Assembly (NCBI RefSeq): GCF_003918875.1
Contig: NW_025767644.1
Coordinates: forward strand, 186,001-250,000
Reading direction: 5' to 3'
DNA from: Haliotis rubra
Taxonomy: Eukaryota
Length of the DNA: 64,000 bases
Shown here piece after piece: positions 40,641 through 53,214 of this stretch. The translations under genes and the position numbers were made by a program. Numbering within the stretch: the first letter of the stretch is position 1; every line of letters begins with the position of its first letter. The notes beneath the pieces were generated by a model, which was given only the letters and a program-made list of their open reading frames with translations, was not told the origin of the DNA and ran no database searches.

Positions 40641-41529
40641 GAGGTTCCACTAATAGTGCACACGTGATTAACGTAAACGCACACCAACAATAGATCGAAT
40701 TCGTAAAACTAATTTACCCAAACAAATCATCAGAAAGCGTACAACAAATTCAGTTGCCGTTGGGTTGACAAAATCCTTGTCAATGTTAGGCAACACAATG
40801 TTTCCTATCTATAATCTGTCTTTGATCTCGTCGCACCGCCCGGAAGCGTTACACAGTTGTCAGTTTTCCATGATGTACATTGCGCCATGTGTTGATTTAA
40901 TCGTTTCGCTCCTGTGCCAAATCTATAGCTTTTTGTGTGTAGACGATCACGTAGATTTCACGCTGCAACTTGTATTAATACCAAGAGTACTTTTCGATTT
41001 CACGCTCCTCGACTTTTCTTAATGGATGCCCTCAAAATAACATGTTATGGACTTTTTGTTCCTCCATGCGATGGCGGAGTTGAAGATGTGGAATCAGTTC
41101 AAGGGTTGAGTGGAGGGTGGGCGGGGAGAAAAGACATTATACAGACATGTATTCGGGTTAAATCTCAGTTGGTTGACGCTAACCGTCATACTTATTTCCT
41201 GCTTCAACCGAAAACCGGAAGACGCCATTGGCGACTCAGTCACGTACAGCATGAAATCTGTGTCTTGTGGAATCAAACTCAGCACGCCGAGGAAGAAACG
41301 ATAATGACAAGGAAGTTCCTATTACTGGGTGATAATGTCGTAGAGTTTGGTCAATACACTTGTAGCAATTTCACTGATGCTGACAGTAATCGAAAGACTA
41401 CCAAATTTGGACAAGAAATTTATTTCGTAAAGGACTGACATTCTTAAAAGATTTTCAGGTTCGGAAATACTGAAAATGTTATGAAAACGATTATGTCAGT
41501 TGTAACGTTGAACGTAACCTGTATTTCGA

Positions 41530-41630
41530 CGGGGCGGTGGGGTAGTGGTTAAGGCGTCCGCTCGTCATGCTTAAGACCCGGGTTTGATTCCCCACATGGG
41601 TACAATGTGTGAAGCCCATTTCTGGTGTCA
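41530..41630 (+). mobile_element. SINE family A (5' part)
   Basis: ggggcggtggggtagtggttaa...ccccacatgggtacaatgtgtgaagcccatttctggtgtc. Confidence 0.88.
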
Positions 41631-41631
41631 T

Positions 41632-41890
41632 ACCACACTTGCTCGGAAGTTGTTTCTTCACGGGCACAACATTCAAGGCCTCAGTAAAGCTTTCAAAAGG
41701 CTTTATGGTAGACATGTGGAGGGCATTCGAAATTTGAAGCAAATGATGTCCGATGCAATTCCCTGTTTGACTTGTACCATACGTTCCCGAATTATTTCAG
41801 GTGAATAAACTTTGCATATGTTTATGACGGGTGCCACCGGTGGGGCAGGATACGTTCACCTTTTCGCGAACACCTGGTATCATCACTATT
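41632..41890 (+). mobile_element. Penelope-like element 3' fragment (RT thumb C-terminus + 3' UTR motif)
   Basis: LARKLFLHGHNIQGLSKAFKRLYGRH..MMSDAIP; followed by atgacgggtgccacc..cacctgg; homologous to 57620-57850. Confidence 0.65.
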
Positions 41891-41934
41891 TCATTGTGAT
41901 TCATAAACACATACTCTTTCTTCGTATCGAATGG

Positions 41935-42705
41935 CGACAATCACTGGATCGTCTGGTCCAGACTCGATTTGCTTACAAAGAACATCATACAGCTGAAACA
42001 CATCTATACTCATGGTATAGTCACAACTGTACATTCGACTCTGCTTTTAGCAGAGATATCTTAAGAATGTGGAAAATTAATGGTTTTGTCGCTTCTAATT
42101 CTTGTTTCCAAATACCACAATGTTGCTATTGAACTACTCTAGTACACATACCTGTACTAGAGAAACAAGCTTTCAGTCATGTGGAGGAATGCTTGCCATT
42201 TCGCCTACTTATTGACAGGCGTTCAAACATGTGAGGATTTATAGATATTGTCAAATATGTGTAAATATGAGTACGGACATATTCACGACGCGTTAAGCAA
42301 TATCACAGATGAATGGGGAATCGATCTTTGCTTTAATCAATTGGGGGTCCCAAGACTTTCCGTTGTGGTGTAACAAGTATCAGATGGAATAAGAGATGTA
42401 TCGCATGCCAGTCGGAATACGAAACACGCTGTTCTAAGCAGAGATGGCTATGTGATTATGGAACGGTTTTGGTCTCTCCAACCGCATTGAGATGAACAGT
42501 TGAGCTGTTTCAAACTCTCCCAGACTGTCACCTTTGTAGATAATTCAGTGTTCATGTTTTGTGTATCACGCTTCTCTCCAGTGTTTTGGAAAGGTTTTGT
42601 TGCTTTTATTACGATAACAGGTTGTAAGTTACCACGACTCCCTGTAAATGCTGGACACGTTTGTCATCAAATACCACATTGTTGCTGTTGAACTATTCTA
42701 CTTAC
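41935..42705. repeat. Repeat family D (SINE-B-like start plus distinct body; internal ~560-bp direct repeat)
   Basis: caaataccaca(a/t)tgttgct(a/g)ttgaacta at ~42110 and ~42668; 5' part also at 33350-33500 and 62200-62420. Confidence 0.75.
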
Positions 42706-42846
42706 GGATATGAAAATATACTACCCAATAGAAGTCAAAGAACAGTCATATAACTGGAATACTCTTTAGTGTATGGACAAATAACGAAATAAGAGCTAAT
42801 AGAACACGGAATATCCCGTCATCTGAGGCAATGCAATAGGTAATGT

Positions 42847-43010
42847 GAGTGAGTGAATTTAGTTTTACGCAGCTTAAAGCTATGTTCCAGCAATATCACG
42901 ACGGGGAACACCAGAAATGGGCTTCACACATTGTACCCATGTGGGGAATCGAACCCGGGTCTTCGGTGTGACGATCTAACGCTTTAACCACCATGCTACC
43001 CCACCGCCCC
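42847..43010 (-). mobile_element. SINE family A full-length copy
   Basis: gagtgagtga tail to gctaccccaccgcccc head. Confidence 0.93.
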
Positions 43011-43767
43011 CATGGGTTGGAAGAAGCATGCCCCAAGCTGTTGGCCGAGCGTTCACTGAAACTGGTGTTATTTGAAATGTCAACACCTGTGCAATTCTAT
43101 TTTCTGTAGAGGTGGAAATCGTGTGACTTGTTGTGATTCACGTCTTGGCAGCTAGCAAGTTGTTATGTAGTCAATTTAAACTTTCAAGCTCATCTTAAGA
43201 TGTGTTTGCATAACACGGGTCTTCGGCGTGTCGAGCGAACGCTTTAACCACACAGCTAGCCCACCCACTGTGGGTTGAAATCTCTCTAATTATGGTTAAA
43301 AGTTGCCTTGTGGTTGTCATTTAAGTGGTAACTACGTCGAGGGCCTGTATCATTCCTCCCACATTTAGCTGACACACTGTCATGTAATCGAAATACTATT
43401 CAAAACCACTCTAATTCACTCTTTGCACTTGGTTGTCATCGTTGATCTGTCTAACTACGTCACGCAATAGAATATAGATCACCTTTGATCGGTTCATTGG
43501 GATGGATACTCTTCGGCGTACTTCAAATGTTACAATTCAATAGCTGTAATCAATCACAGTGTAATACGTGTTCGTGATCCGATATGGATCTAAGTGTGCT
43601 AATCGTGGAGCTTGTAGCTAAACTGCGACAACATGTCAACCAAACCACAGCATTTGCATTTTGTATCAGACTTTTTGTATAACTTTCGTTATCGTTTTTC
43701 GTTTAAGATTTGAAAGGCTTTTCAATTTGAAAGGCATTTCAAATCAAAGGTAAGAGTTAGTGAGTAT

Positions 43768-43931
43768 GAGTGAGTGAGTTTGGTTTTACGCCGCTTTTAG
43801 CAATATGCCAGCAATATCACGACGGAGAACACCAGAAATGGGTTTCACACATTGTACCCATGTGGGGAATCGAACCCGGGTCTTCAGCGTGAGGAGCGGG
43901 CGCTTTAACCACTAGGCTACCACACCGCTCC
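43768..43931 (-). mobile_element. SINE family A full-length copy (duplicated with ~200 bp flank shared with 43010-43215)
   Basis: Identical flank ccatgggttggaagaagcatgccccaagctgttggccgagcg after both copies. Confidence 0.93.
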
Positions 43932-44414
43932 CATGGGTTGGAAGAAGCATGCCCCAAGCTGTTGGCCGAGCGTTCACTGAAACTGGTGTTATTTACACTG
44001 CCAACACCTGTGCAATTCTATTTTCTGTAGAGGTGGAAATCATGTGACTTGTTATGACTCACGTCTTCGAAGGCAGTACGATGTTGTCTAATAAATTTAA
44101 ACTTTCAAACTCATCTCAAGATGTGTTTACATAACTGTCCGCGTGTGTGTTCAAGTAGTGATAATATCAGAAATGTCATCGTTAAATCTTTTAAATATTT
44201 ACTCCTATTGCCATGCCATGACAGTTTACAGCAGAATTAATCTTTCGTATTGTCTCAAACATTTTAAACTATGTTTTTAGCTCTGCATATGAATATGTCA
44301 GTGAATCCCCATGGAAACGTTTATCGAGAGATGCCGCCGAGTGCGAGCTACACAACAAATGGCAGAATACTGCAACCAGGGTTACAATGATATCTCATAA
44401 GGAGGACTACGATG

Positions 44415-45835
44415 GTACATCATTACAACCAGGACCACATCGTATCAGCATTACAACCAGTGCGGCGATGTTACATCATTATTGCCAGGACCTGGATGTT
44501 AAAATCATTATTTCCAAGACAATGGTTTTACATAATTATTGTCATGTTTTGGATAATACATTATAGGATGTTACATCATTGTTTCCAAACCACGATGTTA
44601 CATCGTTATTGACCAGACTATTACATCAGTACAGCCAGGACCACGATGTTACATCGTTATTGACCAGGATATTACATCATTACAACCAAGCCATGGTGTA
44701 ACATCATCACAACCAGGCCAAAGGTGTTAAACCAGTACAACCAGGCCACGGTGTTACATCATTACAACCAGGGTCGCTGTGTCACATCATTACAACCTGG
44801 GCTGCTGTGTTACATCATTACAACCAGGCCACGGTGTTACATCATTACAGCCAGGGCCGCTGTGTTACATCATTACACCAGGGCCGCTGTGTCACATTAT
44901 TACAACCAGGCCTTGGTGTTACATCATTACAACCAGGCCCACGGTGTTACATCAGTACAACCAGGCCACGGTGTTACATCATTACAACCAGGGCCGCTGT
45001 GTCACATCATTACAACCTGGGCTGCTGTGTTACATCATTACAACCAGGCCACGGTGTTACATCATTACAGCCAGGGCCGCTGTGTTACATCATTACACCA
45101 GGGCCGCTGTGTCACATTATTACAACCAGGCCTTGGTGTTACATCATTACAACCAGGCCCACGGTGTTACATCATTACAACCAGGCCACGTGTTACATCA
45201 TTACAACCAGGCCATGGTGTTACATCATTACAACCAGGGCCGCTGAGTTACATCATTACACCAGGGCCGTTGTATCACATTATTACAACCAGGCCTTGGT
45301 GTTACATTATTACAACCAGGCCCACGGTGTTACATCATGACACCAGGGCCGCTGTATCACATCATTACAACCAGGACCGCTGTGTTACAGCGCCCTGGTG
45401 TAATGATGTTACAACGGTCCTGGTTGTAATGATGTGATACAGCGGCCCTGTTTGTAATGATGTAACACCAGGGTAACACCAAAGGCCTGGTTGTAATAAT
45501 GTGATACAGCGGCCCTGGTGTAATGATGTATCACATTATTACAACCAGGCCTTGGTGTTACATTATTACAACCAGGCCCACGGTGTTACATCATTACAAC
45601 CAGGCCACGGTGTTACATCATTACAAACAGGGCCGCTGTGTTACATCATTACACCAGGGCCGCTGTGTCACATTATTACAACCAGGCCTTGGTGTTACAT
45701 CATTACAACCAGGCCCACGGTGTTACATCATTACAACCAGGCCACGGTGTTACATCATTACAACCAGGGCCGCTGTGTTACATCATTACAACCAGGCCAT
45801 GGGGTTACATCATTACAGCCAAGGCATCTGTGTTA
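44415..45835. repeat. 27-28-bp minisatellite (GTGTTACATCATTACAACCAGGCCACG) with 220-bp higher-order repeat and internal inversion
   Basis: Variant cagtacaa at 44733 and 44953 (220-bp period); reverse-oriented units at ~45392-45530. Confidence 0.96.
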
Positions 45836-46599
45836 AATCATATCATCCAAGGTCATGGTTTTATAGCATTTCAACCTGGACGACGTATCATATATGATGT
45901 TTGATCATTACGGCCCTGAAAACGATGTCATATTATGACGGTATTATTGCAGGTTGGGGCTCTAGGCGTTGTTCTAGACAGAAAAGCCTACCTGGTGTGA
46001 CACAATAATTGCTTAAACTGCCCCAGATGGAATCACTAGGAAACATGGCGATGTATAAATCTCCCCTTGACGTAAGACAACGATATCTCATAAGGATATA
46101 ACGTGCTTCAAATCAAGAATGTGTTTCGTATCACAGATTTTGTCAGCTTAGTTTTGTGGCAAGTGTCCCATCGCTAGGTATTTGCCAGCTCATAAATGAG
46201 AGGAGATCAGTCGCTGAGTATTCCTAAAGTCCATTCTCAAGGCGCCTGGTTTACACGTTGATACTTTTAAGTGTTGCAGTGTTCAGTGCAGCCAGTTAAA
46301 GGTCCCTCAGGTGACAACCTTTCACGATGAAGTGATATCAGTGTGGGAGGAAAAACTTGATGTTCAGAAGGGAAGGGGTGATTTGTGGTTTTACTCAGGA
46401 GCTTAGTTATGTTTTCCAAAAAAGGGTGTTCTGTGGATTCTTGTCTGCTAGAACAGAGGACATAAGTTGTCATTTTACATTATGTTCCGAGGTATATGGA
46501 TCATTTCTCTGTAATACAGGGGTTGATCATTTCCTCTTAACTTATCCCAACCCCAGACCTCCCCTACAAATGGTTGCCCCTTGACGATACGGGAACATA

Positions 46600-46936
46600 A
46601 TGTCATTTTTTTATGTTTCACGTAGTCACCAAATTCTGAACATGGGACGGGGGAAAAAACTAAAACAAAAATTAATAAAGACAAAATTATCCGAATAATG
46701 TTCTTGAATCTTATTTATTGTAATTCCTATTACAGTTTCTCGCATTCCTTGGGCTTGTGGCAGCGATTGATTAGAACATTTTTGATAGATAAACATTCTT
46801 GATGACGAGGCCGTACGTTTTAGGTTCGAGTCGGCGGTGTTGGAATGAAGAAAAAGTTTTTTTGGGGTGGTCGGCAATAAAATTAGACGGGTCGGTCGGG
46901 TGATGAGAAACACAAAAAATAAAAATGCTGCCCTAA
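46600..46936. mobile_element. Probable MITE / DNA-transposon end
   Basis: End ..gacgggtcggtcggg..aaacacaaaaaataaaaatgctgccctaa with partial inverted match cattttttatgtttc at ~46604. Confidence 0.35.
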
Positions 46937-47269
46937 TATATTTTACTCAAATGCCGAAAGCTGGAAAATGTTTTGTTTTTCTAGAACCAAACGTCGCATT
47001 TGCCTCTAACTGCAACTGCTTAAAAACCAGGAATGTGTGAATTGCAGAGCAATCTAATTCCTAAAGTGTCCTTTTCGTGGTGCTGGTTGTAGATAGCCGA
47101 AATGCTTTGAACAATAAAATTGATCGTTCGACGTCGACGCACTGCCTAAAGGTTTTTCAATAAGCCGACTAATCAACGGAACAGCATCTACATAAAACAA
47201 GAGTTCCGGCTACTATAACTCCACAAACAAACCATAAAGACTCTGTCATGACCAGTACCAATCAGCATC

Positions 47270-47710
47270 ATTTTAACTTGGCGGTTCCACAGTCTGATCC
47301 ACATCCATTTGGCGTTGGAAGTGGAAACATGTAGAATAAACACAAGTCATTATTGAGGATTTGAAGTCAATGCTTGTACAATCACTTCTTTGGATGAGGG
47401 TATCACATCCCGTCTTTCAAGTCGTTGACATCCTATTTGTTGGGTCTCCAGCTGATGTCCATGTTCAATCAATGGGTAATACACGGCATGCAATGTGACC
47501 ATCTGAGCGGTTACAGGAGATCCGCAGGGGAGCACGTATAAACATTTATTTCAATCAGTGAAATTGTAGATTCTGCAGATAGTGTAACCTCCACCTGTCT
47601 GCCGAAAGAACTCTAGGGCTCCTTGTTTGCACGAAAAGTACGAGTTCCTGTTCGTGTGCTTCCGGGGCAGCATGACAGATAAGAAAGAAATGTTTCCAGC
47701 AACACATCTA
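47270..47710 (-). mobile_element. Decayed relic resembling the XPG + Cys-rich C-terminus of Academ-type transposons
   Basis: TLHAVYYPLIEHGHQLETQQIG (cf. HxLRVYYQxxxWxGxxLxPxxWGW), LKDG, GCGSDCGTAK (cf. CxxxCxCRK); degenerate. Confidence 0.35.
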
Positions 47711-47854
47711 GATTCTATAAAATCCAGTTATTGACCAATACAGCTTTCTAGCAATATATTTATCTTATATTATTGTCACAGATTACAGGAAACATTATGC
47801 TTGGGAACAGCTTCCATTGAATACTGTCATTGTTTTGATTTACAATAAATCAAA

Positions 47855-48430
47855 GTGACTAAGTGAAGTACAGTTTTAGCTATGACTAAAGTATAGGTTT
47901 AGCTATGACTGAAGTACAGGTTTAGCTATGGGCTAAAGTACAGTTGTCGCTATGGACTGAAGTGCAGTTGCAGCTATGGCTGAAGTACAGGTTTAGCTAT
48001 GACTGAAGTACAGTTTTAGCTATGACTAAAGTACAGTTTTAGATATAACTGAAGTACAGGTTTATTTATGACTAAAGTACAGTTGTAGCTATGGGCTGAC
48101 GTACAGGTTTAGCTATGACTGAAGCACAGTTTTAGGGATGACTGAAGTACAGGTTTAGCTATGGCTAAAGTACAGTTGTCGCTATGGGCTAAAGTACAGT
48201 TGCCGCTATGACTGAAGTATAGGTTTAGCTGTGACTAAAGCACAGCTATAGCTATGACTGAAGTACAGGTTTAGCTATGATTGAAGTACAGGTTTATCTA
48301 TGACTGATCATGCAGTACAGTTGTAACTGGCTGAAGTACAGGTTTATCTATGACTGAAGTACAGTTGTATGACTGAAGTACTGATGTAGCTATGGCTGAA
48401 GTACAGGTTTAGCTATGGCTGAAGTATAGT
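47855..48430. repeat. 22-24-bp minisatellite (GACTGAAGTACAGGTTTAGCTAT)
   Basis: About 25 tandem units. Confidence 0.96.
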
Positions 48431-48460
48431 TTCACGTTGTATCCATATGTTCAGTTTGAA

Positions 48461-49130
48461 TACACTACCAAAAACGTCGGGGATATTCCATGTTGGTGTT
48501 TTTATTTGGAAACCAGGTGTTATGATTGTTTAAATGCATAAAGAAAATGATTATTCCAATGACCATGTCTTATGAATTTCGAGCAAACACACCAATATAC
48601 AAGATTTTTTATTGACGTGCACGTGAACATGGTCGGGGAAAATGTGAAATTTACAGTGAAAAGAGTCAGTGTGTGGATGTGATGATATATACCAGACTGA
48701 AGGTTTTTCAGATGTTTTAAATTCAACTAAACGTGTTTTTGTCACGCGGCGACTCTCGTGTCAGGAACGGCTACATGCAGCTGGCGCGTTGGAAGTTGGA
48801 GCAAGGTATAGCATTGTCGCACGAGCTCGTAACGTTTCACGGTCAGTAATTAGCAGATTGCACAATATCGACAAACAAACAAGGTTGATGACAGATGTCG
48901 TTCTGGTTGACCAAGAGCTACATGTGTTCGAGAGAGTGGACCCATGGCTCGTAATCGGCTTAACAGATGGAACCTGCATGTTCGATTCCAACGTGTTATC
49001 CCACGACTGACATATTACATATTATTCACGGACCAGTACTACCGTGACAAAATCCTGGATGAACACGTGATGCCATTTGCGCGCCGACATGGACGTCCTT
49101 TTTTTGTTGCGAAATTTGACTTCTTGTGGT
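48461..49130 (+). mobile_element. Deleted/decayed Tc1-like element (different family from 13689-15215)
   Basis: Terminus TACACTACCAAAAA; RLSCQERLHAAGALEVGARYSIVARARNVSRSVISRL (Tc1 HTH); YYRDKILDEHVMPF (catalytic-domain remnant). Confidence 0.75.
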
Positions 49131-49177
49131 AAATGGTCTGGTGTACAGTAGCCCGCTTTGGCCAATCATCTAACAAA

Positions 49178-49900
49178 ACGACTAATGCATATCTCAGTCA
49201 GATGTTCCTACGACTAATGCAAATCTCAGTCAGATGTCCCTACGACTAATGCATATCTCAGTCAGATGTCCCTACGACTAATGCAAATCGCAGTCAGATG
49301 TCCCTACGAATCTCAGTCAGATGTCAGATGTCCCCTCAGTCAGATGACTAATGCATATCTCAGTCAGATGTCCCTACGACTAATGCAAATCTCAGTCAGA
49401 TGTCCCTACGACTAATGCATATCTCAGTCAGATGTCCCTACGACTAATGCATATCTCAGTCAGATGTCCCTACGACTAATGCATATCTCAGTCAGATGTC
49501 CCTACGACTAATGCATATCTCAGTCAGATGTCTACGAGTCAGATGTCCCTACGACTAATGCATATCTCAGTCAGATGTCCTACGACCCTACGACTAATGC
49601 ATATCTCAGTCAGATGTCGACTAATGCATATCTCAGTCCTACGACTAATGCATATCTCAGTCCCACGATGTCTCAGTCAGATGTCCCTACGACTAATGCA
49701 TATCTCAGTCAGATGTCCCTACGACTAATGCATATCTCAGTCAGATGTCCCTACGACTAATGCATATCTCAGTCAGATGTCCCTACGACGATCTCTCAAT
49801 GCATATGCATATCTCAGTCAGATTAACCTACGACTAATGATATCAGTCAGATTAACCTACGACTAATGCATATCTCAGACAGATGTCCCTACGACTAATG
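49178..49900. repeat. 32-bp minisatellite (CCCTACGACTAATGCATATCTCAGTCAGATGT)
   Basis: Perfect units at 49381, 49413 etc., interspersed with scrambled partial units. Confidence 0.96.
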
Positions 49901-51606
49901 TAAATCCGGCCCCGTTACTCTGTTAACCCATGTATCTCATTAATGATACAAAACAACAATATTCGTACCCTTGTATTGAATATCCCCTACTTTTGTGAAT
50001 AGTATATATACCAGTATTCAAAACACAATGAATTACACATGATGAGACGCGAAACTTGTAAAACAATGTCATATAAATAGCAAAGTAAAGTTTACCTTGT
50101 TTAAAAGATAAATAGCAACGCAACATTGCAACAATGTTAAATACGAAGGCACAAAAAGGTATATGCCATCACCCTAGTAGTCGTTTCTTTCAAATATTTG
50201 TGACCGTTCTTAGAATCGGAAAAGTTGCGAGAGCGGGAGGTAAGTGATGTGTGCTGTAACGAGTTTTACTATTGGTATGCGCAGTATGCTATGCGCTTTT
50301 GTAGGCAAGTGTAGACAGGGTCGAGTTAAAGATATTCGTATCTCCACCATGGAAGATTTTACTCTTAATGGAGATCGTGATCTTAAAGCCTAGCCGGCTA
50401 AGGTCGGTGTGTCGGTTTATATAAGTAGGTAACGCATCCTGATTGTACAGTTGACTGTATGCGCCTAAGACTTATTCTAACTAATATTGTGCATGTCGGC
50501 TCTGTAACGGTTCTACACCTAATATTTAATGAAGATACATAAAACATTACCGTAAATTAAAGATATGTTCACGAGGCTGAAAGGTAATATATTCTGTAGT
50601 TTCAAAACTGAAAATAAAAAAACCCCAAACGCCCACGAAGAACGAAAGGGCTCGTCTCTCACCATTGATATGTATTAAAAATATTCAATTACGGCACATA
50701 AAGATACAGAGCAAATGATGTTTTATTTGGATTTCATGATTATAAAGATCCTATGTCCACATTTAGATCTAAAACGTAGTTGCATTTAATAGAATACAAT
50801 GCAAAAGAAATTGATTTTATGTCCGTATTGGTTACTATACGATATTGAATTGTCACATTCATTGTTTTTAATATCATATCCTATTTCTTAAAAAAACAGC
50901 GAATAAATACGGTCGTAATTATTTTGAGTACAATACAGGAGATAATTCATATTAAATGTCAGTTGAATTCACTGAAAGGTTCATTGATACACCCAATACA
51001 AATGCATGCTTTATGTAAAGGCCAGAATTAATTCAGTGCATGGTAATACATCTTCAGACAACTGACAGGACAGAATAAAAGAATCTATTTCTCAGCCATG
51101 CGAAGGAAAATCATTTTCAGCTTGGCATTTTCTATTCAGCTTGTTTCGTTCAATTTAGATTTGGTTAAAAACTGCAATGCAATAGAAATGACCACGAACA
51201 ATTGTGAATTAGGACCAATAAATCCTGTTGCTAATGCACAAAAATCAGACCACCGAGTCTACTTTTTACTCGCTTACAGTTTAATTTTATAATTTGAAGT
51301 AGGTTGTCATAATTACATTATCATAAGAAGGCAATGCCAGCTTAAACGGGAACCTTACACCGACCTCAACTACAGTCCGGCTTTATGTGAGCATCTCGCA
51401 TGTTAACATTAGCCCCTTTTCACGGATACTAATTAAACAGTAGCTCAAGACCCGTCTGAGACAAGCCAAACCATTAATGAGTTTTCCTCCCCAGTGAATG
51501 TGACTTTATATTTTAATGCAATTATCAACTCAATGAATATGTTGTATAAATGCAGCACCTTGTAAATGTTCTTCTATAACGACTGTCATAAAAAGCGAGA
51601 ACATAA

Positions 51607-51735
51607 GGATGTCGACTTCTATATTATTAGTACCAGGACTTTTCGGAGTGTATTCTCACACATTCATCAAGCGAGTGAAGGTGTAAGAATACACTCCGAA
51701 ACGTTGTGCTCCTCATAATAAAGAAGCTGACATCC
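51607..51735. mobile_element. Palindromic Penelope-pLTR-like mini-element with minimal hammerhead remnants
   Basis: ~60-bp inverted arms (ggatgtcgacttctatattattag / ctcataataaagaagctgacatcc; ttcggagtgtattct / agaatacactccgaa); TGATGA..GAAA core remnants. Confidence 0.65.
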
Positions 51736-52232
51736 ATACATGCTCACCTTTGATGTGTATGACTTTTATATGCCGTTCAAAGACATTAAACAACTGTCAT
51801 GTTCCCCAATTCCTTCTTAAATGAAAAAGGAGAATCTTGTCACATGTGAATTTCATTTACATCATTCAAGTAAATTGGCTTCTTTTGTATACGTGATGTT
51901 ACGGTAACACCACCTTGTCATTCAACTTATGAAACGGCAAGAAGTAGCCTGAAAAGCTGGGAATGTGTAATAAAGAAACTATTGTCAATAATACTTATGT
52001 TGACACCCGGTTTCTAATGTTTGTAAAGACTCGAAACATGTATACGTTTACTACCACGTATACGTTTGTGCGTATTTTCGTCTGTGTATCTGCTTGAAAT
52101 TTCATTTTCGTGTCCGCGAATATTATTGTTCTTTCTGCACAATATCCCGTGATGCAGTAACTAAATAAATAAAATATATCAGATCGTTAATGATGTCTGT
52201 AGTAGGTCACATCCAACGCTCAGGGGATCTAT

Positions 52233-52393
52233 CGAGTGAGTCAGTGAGTATGGATTTACGCCGCTTTTAGCAATATTCCAGTAATATCACGACGAGGGAC
52301 ATCAGAAATGGCCTTCACACAGTGTACCAATGTAGGGAATCGAACCCGGGTTTTGGCGTGACGAGTGAACACGTAACCACTACCCCACTGACC
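52233..52393 (-). mobile_element. SINE family A copy with TSD TCTATCGAGT
   Basis: TSD on both flanks; family consensus match. Confidence 0.92.
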
Positions 52394-53214
52394 CTCTATC
52401 GAGTCAGAATCCCCTAGTGTCCAGTATCAATAGATCATCTTCTTTAAAGAAAGATAAATCCATTCAGCTTCGGGTACTTTTAACGTCTAGTAAAAAACAC
52501 AAATCAATTCACCTGATTTGTATATCGTGATATAGTGATGGCTAGATCAGCGCGTTCCAGTATGTAAAAAAGGAAACATGTTTTCCTAAATTTCAAATAA
52601 ATGTAGATTGCTTTTCGGAGATTCAGTATTTTTGTTTCATTATGTAACGTTGCATAACTCCAGAGACAGAATTGGTACATCACGGCGGCCATTCAGTAAC
52701 ATGATCATGCAAATCTCTTTATGTCGATGTAGTATTTTTAAGAAGACATTCGAAGTGTCGTTTTTTTTTATCTTATAACTTTTTATAGTTTTTAGTTATC
52801 AAAACAATGAATGACATTATTACATTAAACCACAATAAAATTCATAGTTTAACATACACATAGAGCGCCATTGCAAAAGAATACCCTCTCTTGACTATCT
52901 TCCGAAACAAATTCCGTTCGGTGTAAAGGTCAAAATAGCTGTGAAAACAATATGAATATATATGAATGGATCACTAAAATTGATGAAGACACAAGGCCTT
53001 CGTGAAAAGGGTAAGCACCTCCTACCCTACCGGTAGCACCCGCCATTCACAAAAAATTGACGAAAAATGCAAGTAAAATGTATTTTTTGGCCTGACGCCG
53101 CACAGCAGTATTCCTGCCGGCAACGGCGGCCTGTAAACAGAGGGGGCGATCAATTGATCGATGAACCGGAAAATGCAGTTAGATAATTTTGAATTACGAT
53201 GCGTATAAGGATAG

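Noticed and set aside
40935-41438. 167-aa ORF with ETS/YY1-like motifs nearby
   Set aside because: Non-ATG start, no recognisable domain or splice signals; left unannotated
44724-45904. Long repetitive ORFs in all three frames (up to 237 aa)
   Set aside because: Unit length varies 26-28 bp, shifting frames; minisatellite that happens to lack stops
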